Assembly (NCBI RefSeq): GCF_963921235.1
Contig: NC_086097.1
Location: 134,666,001-134,730,000, forward strand
Reading direction: 5' to 3'
From: Mobula hypostoma
Taxonomy: Eukaryota
DNA: 64,000 nucleotides
In this document: positions 40,051-51,040 of the stretch, in pieces
Layout of the letters: the number at the start of each line of letters is the position of its first letter
Position numbering within the stretch: the stretch's first letter is position 1
The notes under the pieces: generated by a model
Told to the model about the DNA's origin: nothing
The model's input: the letters and a program-made list of their open reading frames with translations, nothing else
Databases searched by the model: none
Translations under genes and position numbers: made by a program

Positions 40051-42075
40051 AGAGTTTTTTCGAAAGTTATCTCGACACAACAGAACGGATGGGATACCCC
40101 TTAAAAAAGTATAGTGTTCCTTTCCGAATACTGACAGCGAACTTGGAAATTGGAGAAGTTGGAGAGGTCACCATCTCGTAACTTCTTCTGGAAGACTGAA
40201 ACAAAACTTCTGATGCAAAACTTTGATGTGTAATTCCAGGTACTCCAAAAACCTGTTCAGTACTCTGTGTCTGTTCAAATTTTGTGTGCTCACTTTATTT
40301 TTCCCCTATCCACAGGATCATTGTCTCTCACAATCTGTCCTTTCTAGGATACCAGTGCTAATAGTAAGAGTAGCATCATATCACTTCCCCACACAGATAG
40401 ATCCACCCCAGAAGCTTTGGGAAATTGTAAGGAAAAGACTAGTAGATCCACTAAGCTTGCGTCCACGAATGATGGACTTGCAGCCTTTGGGTTGCTTAGA
40501 GCCTATCGAGTACCACTGTGGATACCTGAAGGAAGAAACTGAAACCCACCACCTTTCTAACATAAAGATAGCTAATTTTCCTGATGCTATTCCAGTCCCT
40601 CATACATAAGAACTTGGGCAAAATAATCCTGTAAAGTATCATCGACCCATTGCTACTTCTGGGTCTATGTCTTCACATGATTCTTTTAGCAAAGTAAAAA
40701 AAAAAATTAAAAATTAATCACCACAGTGAGATAGTCTCCCAAAAACCACATTGAATAAATCACAAATAGAATTTTCTTAATGCTTTCTTTGTGGTTCTGC
40801 TCGTGTAGATAATCAGTATAAAGCAAAGTGGGTCCATATAGCTTGAGAATGCTGGAAGAATTCTCACTTATAATTATGGAACTAATGCACAATAATTAAC
40901 ATTATCAAATATAGTTTATTCTGAAAGATGCACCATAATTGAACAGAGAAATATCCAAGTAAAAAAAACACCATTCCTTGCAAAGTACATACCTCAAGTG
41001 AATACTGAAGCGTAAATGGCATTTAACAAGGCTCACTAATTCTGACTGATAATCTGATGATTTGCATTAGCACAAGTTAATATTATTTACATCTATTAAA
41101 GCAGAAACCATATTATTCATCAGCCTCCTTTAGCTCTGTTCTTTCCCCATCTTAGCAAAGCCCTAAACAACAGTAAAATCCAATATTGTTCTGATTGGTG
41201 CAGGGCACTGTTACCAATGCTGCAATTTTGCGGCATAAAGGTCACAGTGCCATTTGTGGTAGTCACATTACTTTAGCTATCACATTAACTGGATCGTGAA
41301 TAGAATTAGCATACATCATCAAACAGAACTGTATCCAGTAATACTTAACCTGGTGAACATACCCTGATCTTAAGTGTAGTCACTGAAAACATATTTTACA
41401 TTTTAAATTATAGAACAAATCTTAATGGATAAAGAATGATTAGCTATCAAAACACAAGGGAAATTAAGTGCTCAGAAGCATGCATTGATTATTTTAAATT
41501 ATTGGCTTGGAACACAATGCATCTTTGACTCTCTTTCAGATTTGGTATGCTTTTAGTGAGCTTTAGCACATTTACAAGACTTATGGACTATAATTACAAC
41601 GGAATTCAGGTAATAGACACATCAGTTATAGGTAACGTGCCTTAACTGGACAATTGCATAAAGACTTGCAACATGCTCACCACTTGAGTGGACTTATCAA
41701 TAAGCATCAAATAATATGAACACTTAATCCCAGGCCTCTAAGACTGCTAAAGTAATGATCAATTTATGAAATGAGTGTTGTGAGGGAGACAGTTATACAG
41801 TGGTCTTATATTTCAAGGTTAAGTAGATTCTTAAAGTCATGTCACACAATATATCTCACGTCACACAATACATCTCATATCACAGTTGGAAAGCTGCCCG
41901 TGAACCAGAATTTATTTTCCCTTGTCTGTAATTGTCCAACTTTCTGCATACATCATCTTTCACAAAAGGTTCATATTGTTACGATTGATTTTCAGGAATC
42001 AGCAAGAACTTTACTTGAAGTAGGACAAGAGGGGTTGTGAGACAAAGTAATTTATGCTTGAATAGACATACGTAC

Positions 42076-45000
42076 CAGTATGCGTACGGATGTGAGCAAG
42101 AAATGCCAAGGAATTGCTGCTCTTGCACACCTTCCCGCAATACTTGCAGACATTCCCTCGGTTTTCCTGCCGCTCATAATTTATCTGCTCAGTGTCTTCC
42201 ACGATGTACTTATTTACTTCCCTCAGCATTTCCTCGTGCTTCTGCTTAATGTGAACAAAAAGGTCCTGCTCCGATTCGAAAGGTGTGCTGCACTTGACAC
42301 ACTTGAATGTGGCACCACCCTCTGGCAACTCTTCTATGCTCTCCTGTTCCATCCTCTGGTGACCCACACTGGCCAAGTGCTGGTGCAGGTTGCTCACGGT
42401 ATAGAATGACTTCCCACACAGCAAGCAGTGGAAGTGCTTTTCAGCAGAAGGATGCTTCATAGCAATGTGGACATTCAACCCATTGACACCATCAGCCAGG
42501 AACCCACAGTCTTCACAGCGAATGCGTTTCGGGTCCTGCAGCAAGGCCCCTTTTGCCTTCCTCTTCCTTGCAGCCTGTGAAGGATCTGTCTTATAAACTG
42601 CTACGGCCCACTCGCTGGGTGAGATCCCATCTGCTCCCTGGCTATCTTCACTATTTTCAGCACACTCAGGTTTTTCAGTGCCAGACTTGTTCTTCAATCT
42701 CACAATGGAGGAATCAAACTCAAAATATTTTTGCAGTCCCTTACCCTGGAACTCCAACTTTCTGAGGTCCTCACTAGAACTCTCAGCTGCTTCCACTGAA
42801 TTACCTTCGGGATCTTGCCTCACATCATTTGCATTTTTCACATCCTTGGTCTTCTCCCTCAAGGATGCATCATCTTTATCTTGAGCTTCCTCACACTCAA
42901 TAACCTGTTCGTGTTCACCCTCGTTTTGTCCAGGTACCTCTGAACTAGAACTTGTTGCAATATCTTCACAGCTACCCTCAACATGCTGCACACAATTAGG
43001 TTGAAGGTGATCTGAATTCTTCGCAGGCTGCTGAAAGCTTGTGACATCTGGATGTCCATCTGTATTCTGTTCCAATGTGTTACCTTCACTGCCTCCTGGA
43101 AGGGCTGAGGGTCCCATTTGCACATTTGCATCTTCTGCCAAACCACTGCAATTCAACATGTTTCTCACTGAATTAACCAACTCATTAGGTCTTCTATCCA
43201 AATTCATGGTCTCCTTCATTGGTTTATTATCTTTCGGCCTCTCGGCTCCAAGGGGACCTCCTTGAAGATCATCCACCTCTCTTGTCTGAGGAGCCTCAGC
43301 ATTTAAATCAGCATCATTGCTTGTCACACTGGTGTTCTGCATTGTGACAATGTCCATACACTGATTTGAATCACCTTCTGTAGGTACATCGCCAACCTGA
43401 TCTTTGGTGCCCTCCAGTTCCCTTGACTTTACAGATACAGAATTCAAATCTACAGAGGAACTCTCGGCACCTGGGCAGACATTTTTTTCATTTACCGTTC
43501 TGGGTTCAACTTCAGAAAAATTCTCCGAATTATGCACTGCAGATACTGTCTCAATTAGCTCTCCTTGATTCACTCTTTCATTTTGGAAGGATTTTTCTTG
43601 TGTTCCTGTCAACTCAAGCACAGCTGTTGTCTCTTTGCAATCATTAGTTATCTCATTGCTTTCTGGCACTCTCTTAGGTTCAGCATGTAAAGCAGATTCC
43701 TGTGTAGCCTCTTGAGGAAGTTCTGAAGCTTTTTCCTCTTCATTGCTTCTCTCTTTAAGTGGGCAATCCACTGTCTGTTCCTTCTGATTCCCACCGTTTG
43801 GTGCGCTGGTCAATGTTACCGATGCACGCATCACAGACTGCCCTTTACCCAGATTTAATTTCAGGTAGGATTGACTTTTAAGTTTATGCTTTTCCGTAAA
43901 AGCATGCCTCATCATTTCACGTCTAGTGACAGCATAGTAATCACATGCCATGCAATAGTAGTCAAAATCTTTTGTGTGTTTACGTTTAACATGTAACTCC
44001 AGGGTAGCCTGGGAATAAGCAACAAAGCCACAATATGTACATGTAGTGGTGGGGGTTCCTTTGAGTCGTTTTGTGCTGGATGAACTGCCATCCTGCCCCA
44101 TATTATTCGGCTCTACCTCAAGGATTGCCTCTGTTTCTTTTTGTTCATCTACTTGCTCTTCATTTTGTACTGGAAGATCACTCTCTAGATTTACCTGAGA
44201 GCAGTTCTCAGTGACTCCAGACTGCCCCTTTACTTCATGTATCGCTGGATCTGGAGCACTGCTACTCTGCTCGATGCAGTCAGCTGGAGGAAATGCAGGA
44301 GGATCAGTCCCAGCAATTTGAGGACTGTCTTTATTGTTCGACATAGTGGCTTTCCGACAGATCTCTACAGGTTTGGAGACATCAGCACGATTTTTGTGTT
44401 TCTTTGTGTTGCAGTGACGGTCCATGTCTCCTTTGGTGACAGTGTAGTAGTTGCATGCCTTACAAAAGTAGCTGTACTGATGGCTGTGTTTCCGCCTAAT
44501 GTGAATATTCAGGTTTGTCACACTGGAAGCTAATAAACCGCAATGGGGACATGTTCGAGAGATATTCCCTTTAGGCCGTTCTTTTTTGATGCTTTCTGCT
44601 GATGCACGGTCATTGCCTTTTTCAACATTTCCCACGCTGGTTGCATCGCCTTCTGATATTTCCCAGGTCACAACAAATTCCTGTTTGGATTTTGATGGTT
44701 CAAGGACCTGAACAAAGCCTTTGTCTATTTCACTATTAACATTCCCCAAAGCCCCAGTGGCTTTTATAGTATTTTGAACATCCTGAACCCCAATGGACAC
44801 TTCCTCTACACATTCCTCCAATGACGGCCCTAGGTTTCTTTTCTTAGCATTCTCAATGTGTCTGCTCCGTTTAATGTGCTTTTCCATTGCTTCCCTGCTA
44901 ATTGTGTACAGGCTGCATACTTTACACAGGAATCGATACTCCTGTGCATGTCTGAGTCTGATGTGCTTCAAAAGCACAGTTGCGGATCGAGCTTTGTAAA

Positions 45001-47425
45001 AGCAGCTCTTGCATTGTAATTGAAGCTTGCTGTGTGTTGAACGTCTCAAAATGTTCCCTGCAACCACTCTTGCTATGGAAGGCTTCTGAGGATCTTTAAA
45101 CAAAAGGCCACATTTTGGGATGGTAGGATCTCCAGTGCCACCTGAGGTGATCTTACTTGGACTCACTTCCCTTGGCTGCTGGTTTTCAATTTTCTCCAAC
45201 ATCTTATCTTTTTGCTGTGCAAGCACAAGACTTTTGTGCTGCTCTGAGCCTTCATGGTCCACTAGATCCTTTTCTGATGCAAAGTGTACTCTGCACGCAG
45301 AACAGTAAAAGGCTATTTTGTGCTCTTGGCTCATGTGCTCTTTCAGAGCCCCTTCACTTAAGGTTACAAATGCACAGAGTCGACAGTCGATCTGGGAGAA
45401 GTTCAACTGATGCCTGTTGCTTTGACAATGTTTTTCAAAATCACCCTTAGTGACACAAGCGTAGCCGCATGGCTGACAGTGGAAGTCCATTTCTTTTGTG
45501 TGGCGTCTCTTTATGTGAACCTCCAACCCCTTTCTGTTCTGAAACACATGGTCACAGTAGGAGCAAGTGCGGAGGGCTTTGCGATCGGCTGGGCTTAGCT
45601 TCGATTCAGGATTCTCAAGGTTGGGAGTTTTGTTATCTGCTTGGATGTTAGATGGGGACACAAGGTTTTGAACCCGAGACATGTTCCCATTACTGTTCTT
45701 AACTAGTGGTGGTTCTTTAAGAGCCACCGGTGTGGCTGTTTCAGCTTTTTCATTTCGACTTGGGCAACTTTTTTTGGAAGACTTCTCATTTTCTAAGTTT
45801 GCCTCAGTCCCAGTTAATGAGTCTGCATCACCAACTTCACCTTGATTCTCAGGATTGCTGTCAAGTTGATCTGTTGCTCTGGCAATTTTGTGTTTTGATC
45901 TTACACGTTGATTCTTCTTTCCAGCAAGTTTCGCTCTACCATGCTGGATGTCAGGAATAACATTCTTCCTGCCAGGAGGACGCCCTCTACCTCGTCTATT
46001 ATCCACCTTCAAAAGGCTTTCCCTTAGGTTTCGAGAAGCCCTCTGTTTCCCCACCTTATTTCTCATCTGCTGAATGCGTTCAACCTTGCCTATGCAGCGC
46101 GTGCTCTGTGGTCTCAAGCCACTGATATGATCTTCATCAGAGCACTTTAATCTTTGTTTGCCAACCCATTCTTGGAGCAAATCAGACGGCTCTTTTACTC
46201 TTCTTGAAGTTCTTTGGGGAGATGTTTTTCTGGCATGGCTATCAGCTTCATCGGCCTTACTCAATGGAGCTTCTTCACAGTGATCACTATCTGGACTCTC
46301 TACACACTTCGCACTTCTATTATTCTTTTGAGCAGTACTCTTATTCTTTGCTCTCCCCAAATTTTCGGTTTTTTTGCGCAAACTTGGGCCATCATTGCTG
46401 ATACATTTTGCTCTCTCTACTTTGCCTTTGGCACTATTTTCAACAGGAAGCCTCTTTTTGGAGAGCAAATGTATGTATCCACCTCGTGCAGCAAGATTCT
46501 TACGGCGGAGGTGAGTCTTCCCACGGCAGTGGGCTTTCAGCAGGTTTTCATCATAACATCGGAAACCACAGAGATCACAACCCAAACTTTCTTTTTGCAC
46601 ATGCTTGCGTTTGAGATGCGCCTGCAAAGATGCTCCACTTGCTGCCTTGAATTTGCAATGAGGGCAAACATGGGCTTTGGACCTTCTGGAATGATTCTCT
46701 TTAATGTGCTTGTCCAAGTCATAACGTGAAGGCATTAGCTGGCCACAGAGCCGACAGTTAAATCCCTCCTTTGTCCCTGTACTTTCCCTTGTGCTTTTTG
46801 TTCGCTTTTTATGGAGAACAGAAGAAAGGTGCTTTCTGTGACTCTCCTCTGATGGGCTTGTAACGTTACAGATGGCACAGATGAGATCGTTGTCATTGAA
46901 GTGACATTGCTTTGTGTGAATTTTTAGTGCAATTTTATTTTTCCCCAGAAAGTTGCAAGAAGGGCATGTTAGAGCTACTCCAGCTATGATCTTCCTGGCT
47001 TGATTCTGGCAGCCTTCAGCAGTTCCCTTTGCTTCATTTTGCTCCTCCCCTGTATGCGTCAGAGGTGGCTTTAAGTCAGATGGCAGAGCTACAGCCTCTG
47101 AAACCATAGTGTTTCTGCTACCCTGAGATTCTTCAAAAGTATCAATTTTCAATCTTTTGGCTGGAGGGTAATCAGCATACGTCCGCTTGCCATCCTCCGA
47201 CCTGATTTTGCTTTTACGAGCATCAGAGTCTGCCTTTATCAGCAAATCGCCACTGCCACCCAGGTCCTTGGTATTCTCTAGTTCAGTGGTTACTCCTTGC
47301 TCGTAGTTTCCGTTCGCCTCAGTTTGTGGATCTTCAACATCCATTCGCTCCCTTTGTTCTTTGCTTTTGGCTGGCAGCTGATGAAAGGATGATCCAGAAT
47401 CTTTGGATCCTTCATTTAAATCCAT
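42076..47425 (-). CDS. ZNF407: ZNF407 giant first coding exon (1783 codons + 1 nt, 19 C2H2-type fingers)
   Basis: 1804-aa ORF with motifs I recognise from vertebrate ZNF407: KGNISRTCPHCGLLASSVTNLNIHIRRKHSHQYSYFCKAC, ELPEGGATFKCVKC, GNVCKYCGKVCKSSNSLAFLAHIRTHTG. Phase-1 donor ACT G|gtacgt at 42076/42075 matches the next exon. Confidence 0.95.
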
Positions 47426-47489
47426 CAGGTCAGTTCATGGTGTTGGCAAGGAACACCAGTAGAATAGAACTTGCTCCATTCCTTTCAAC
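47426..47489 (-). other. ZNF407: 5' UTR part of the giant ZNF407 exon
   Basis: Minus-strand polypyrimidine tract and acceptor ttttgtcttctttctgttacatttaag|gttg at 47490/47489, 64 nt before the ATG, with an in-frame TGA upstream of the ATG. Confidence 0.75.
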
Positions 47490-48469
47490 CTTAAATGTAA
47501 CAGAAAGAAGACAAAATGTGATTATGATTATAGTCCAAAAGTATTAAAAAAAAAGAATAGAAAAAGAATTATACAACATGCAAACTACGTTAACCAACAA
47601 AGAAAATGGAAATTAAGATCAAATGATTGTTTTATAAATGGGGTAAACTCATTTCTGAAGCACAAAAATAACATTTGGCATTATTTTGTTGTTCGTCACA
47701 CAGAAAACTAGCGTTAAATCACTGCACCATATTTTTAATAGTGGATGTGTGATCAAAAGAAAAATACTAATGCACCATAGTAGAAAATGACAATAAATGG
47801 GCTCCACTGTGTATCTTTTTGCTCATGAGTGTCTTCATTTATAGTGCAATAGTGTGTAATTATTGCAAAGTATATAATTGTTAAATTCTGAAGTAAAAAA
47901 TTATGGGTTGTCAAAAGATTCAAAAAAGGAATCCAACTGAAGAGAGCAGGATACTCCATGGCTACCTATATAATACAATATTTATACAAGTTATCCCAAG
48001 TGCATTGCTGTGAAGATACCCTGTATAAAGCACCTATGCAATTAATAGACAGTGTGGCATCAGCCTCTCCTTTAGCAAGAGATGATAAATACTCTATGAT
48101 GGTTTGTGCAAAAACACCTGACGGAATATGTGAGTTGAGTAAATTAGGTCACTCAGGGCAACATTAAACATTTCAGATAGTCATGGTTTGTATTCAAGAA
48201 GCTTCTCATTGGCAAGAGTTAATAGAGCTGTGAAAAGTTAAGTGTGGAAAGTTAGCAGAGGAATTTCACACATTCACACAAGCAGAGACTGGAAATTTCT
48301 GGTCACACTTAAAACCAGGGTAGTTTGTAAGGAATGATGCAGGAACCATTTTGTTTCCAAAACGGACAGAGCTATATTATTTTCTTAGAAAAGCAGCCCA
48401 ATATGATAAATGTAGTGATAGCAAGCCCAGTGGTTAAAATAGCTGGCATTTAGGACCATGTCTTCAAAC

Positions 48470-49697
48470 AGAGTAGGTAAGAACATTGTATGTGGTCCTA
48501 TAGCTGAATCAAAGGGTCTGTCAGTAATTAATTTCAAATGCAACCAGTGCAGAAGGTGTAGCATTTGTCCCACTTACAGGGATAAGTGTCAGGAGGGAAA
48601 TCAGTGGGGAGGAACGAGTGCCCCAACACCTCCTCCCTCGCCACCATTTAAGGCCCCAAACAGCCCTTTCAGGTGAAGCAACACTTCATCAGTCCTGACG
48701 AAGGGTCTCGGCCTGAAACGTCGACTGTACCTCTTCCTAGAGATGCTGCCTGGCCTGTTGCATTCACCAGCAACTTTGATGTGTGTTACTTCATCTGACA
48801 GTCTGTCAGGGTTATCTATTGTATCCGGTATTCCTGGTGCAGCCTCCTCTACATCGATGAGACCATTGATCAGGGGACCATTTCGTCAAGCACCTTTGCT
48901 CCATTGCCACAAAAGGCATGATTTTCCAGTGGCTACCCATTTCAATTTGACTTCCCTTTCCCATTCTAACATGCCAAGTTCAAGATCATTTTATTGTCAA
49001 TAGACTGTACATATATACAACCAAACAAAACAACATTCCTCCAGACCACGGTGCACCCACAAAACATACATCACACAGCAAATAAAACATTACCAATGGT
49101 AAGTTAATAAAATATATTTCAAAGTGCATGTAGTGCACAGTACATGTAAACAGCTAACAGGTTAGCTCATGGCCTCCACTAATGCCACAATGAGGTCACT
49201 CTCAGGTTAGAGGAGCAACACCTCATATTTCGTCTGGGTAGTTGCCGCCTGATGGCATGCACATTGATCTCTCTAACTTCCAACAATTCCTCCACTATTC
49301 TCCTTCCTCTTTTCCATTCCCAATTCTGGCTCCACTCTTACCCCTTCTCTTCTCCTCACCTGCCCACCACCTCCCTCTGATTCCCCTCCTCCTTCCCATT
49401 CTTCCATGGTCCATTTTCCTCTCCTATCAGATTCCTGCTTCTTCAGCTTTTTCCTCTTCTACCTATCACCTCCCTGATTCCTATTTCATCTCCCCTCCTC
49501 TACCAACCCACCTGATTTTTCACCCATCACATGCCAGCTTGCACCCCTTCCCCTCCCCCCACATTCCCCTTCCTTTCCAGTCCTGATGATGGGTCTTACC
49601 CTGAAATATTGACTGACTATTCCTCCCCACAGATGCTGCTTGGTCCAGCATTTAGTATGTATTGCCTTGGAAGTCCAGCATCTGCAGAATCTCTTCA
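48470..49697 (+). mobile_element. Penelope-like element with inverted 5' part, a nested younger Penelope terminus (48691-48787) and a LINE tail (about 48975-49165)
   Basis: GIY-YIG remnant ctctacatcgatgagacc, ttagaggagcaacacctcatatttcgtctgggtag, terminal repeat; nested copy flanked by acttcatc (48683-48690 and 48788-48795). Confidence 0.85.
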
Positions 49698-49864
49698 GTT
49701 TATGATCCAATTCCAGATTGCAATTACTTGGAACACTCAACAAGTTTTAGATAAATTGGACTAAAGTTTGAAACTTCACTTAATTACTTTTCTGATAGAC
49801 ATAACTGAAAGCCTTGTTCTTGGTGAAATTGCCGTCAGCTACTTCTGCTTACTGGTTACGTAGG

Positions 49865-50525
49865 ACTATAGGAAAAACAGGCAGCCAATTATCAAGGTGG
49901 CAATTGAGATGTTGGCCTTCATTACAAGAGGGACTGAATTTAAGAGCAGGGAAGTTATGCTGCAGTTGTATAGGGTACTGGTGAGGCTGAACCTGGAGTA
50001 CTGCATGCAGTTCTGGTCTCCTTATTTGAGGAAAGGTATACTGGCTTTGGAGTCAGTGCAGAGGAGGTTCACCAGGTTGATTCGAGAGATGAAGGTGTTA
50101 CCCCATGAGGAGGGACGAAGTTGCCTGGGACTACACTTGCTGGAATTCAGAAGAATGAGAGAGGATCTTATAGAAACATAAATTAAAGGAAGTAATAGAT
50201 AATAGAATCAAGATTGTTATTTCCATTGGTAACTGACACTAGAACTAAGGGACATAGACTTAAGATTCAAGAGAATAAATTTAGGACAGATGAGGAGAAA
50301 CTGTTTTTCCCCAGAGAGTAGTGAATCGTGCAATTCTCTTGCCAAAACAGCATAGATTACCTCATTAAATACATATAAGATATAGTCAGATAGATTTTTG
50401 CATAAGGGTAATGGGGAAAGACAGGCAGGTGGAACTGAGTCCACAGATCAGCCATGATCTTATTGAATGTCAGAGTAAGGTCAGCAGGCCCGATGGCCAA
50501 CTCCTACCTCTGTTTCTCCTGTTCA
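49865..50525 (+). mobile_element. CR1 LINE 3' fragment
   Basis: MLAFITRGTEFKSREVMLQLYRVLVRLNLEYCMQFWSPYLRK...QRRFTRLI. Confidence 0.9.
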
Positions 50526-50929
50526 ATTCAAATACTTAAATCTGCTTTTACAAAAAGAAATTCAGCTACCCCATCCTCACATCTTTACTGCCATTTCAAA
50601 GTCAATTCAGAATGCTTGGAAGATAAAAGGGCCCCACACCAAAATCAACAAGCCAAGTTAAATGGTGCTTATGTGGCATTCTCATTGCATATGTTCACAA
50701 TGCTCAAAGTCTGTCACTAGTAAAGAGTCTCCTAGAACATTATCTTTTACATATGAAAAACAAATTGTGTTTATTCTTTTGTATAATTTTTTCCTAATAT
50801 GCATTTTTTTTTGGAACATGGTCAATACATTCAATACTGCTGACACTTTTTTTTAAGCCAGAGAACTGCTGCCACTCATCTGACCCCTGGGGTCTCCATC
50901 AGCTGTAGTGGAAGGCTCTGTGGAAAGCG

Positions 50930-51040
50930 TTGTGGTCCTTTCCACAGAGCCTTTGCGTTGGCTGCACAAAGCTTCATTTCATCTCTCGGCATGTACTCCT
51001 GTAATCTGCAATGTGCCAGATGGCAATATTTCCTTATGGA
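50930..51040 (-). mobile_element. Tx1-type LINE ORF2 C-terminal fragment
   Basis: Minus translation CHLAHCRLQEYMPRDEMKLCAANAKALWKGP resembles the Tx1 ORF2 C-terminus. Confidence 0.6.

Larger units (their letters stand above)
11769..42075 (-). other. ZNF407: ZNF407 intron (30,307 bp, GT-AG)
   Basis: Bounded by the donor at 42075 and the acceptor at 11769; the reading frame is continuous across the splice. Confidence 0.9.

Noticed and set aside
42011..42075. Treating the 1804-aa ORF as a complete single-exon gene
   Set aside because: A canonical donor follows HT-G and an in-phase exon exists at 11768-11654. The last 21 codons lack finger-linker character; kept only as a possible minor isoform.
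42037..46729. Numerous plus-strand ORFs of 60-171 aa overlapping the giant exon
   Set aside because: They are antisense shadows of a long coding exon with no recognisable domains.
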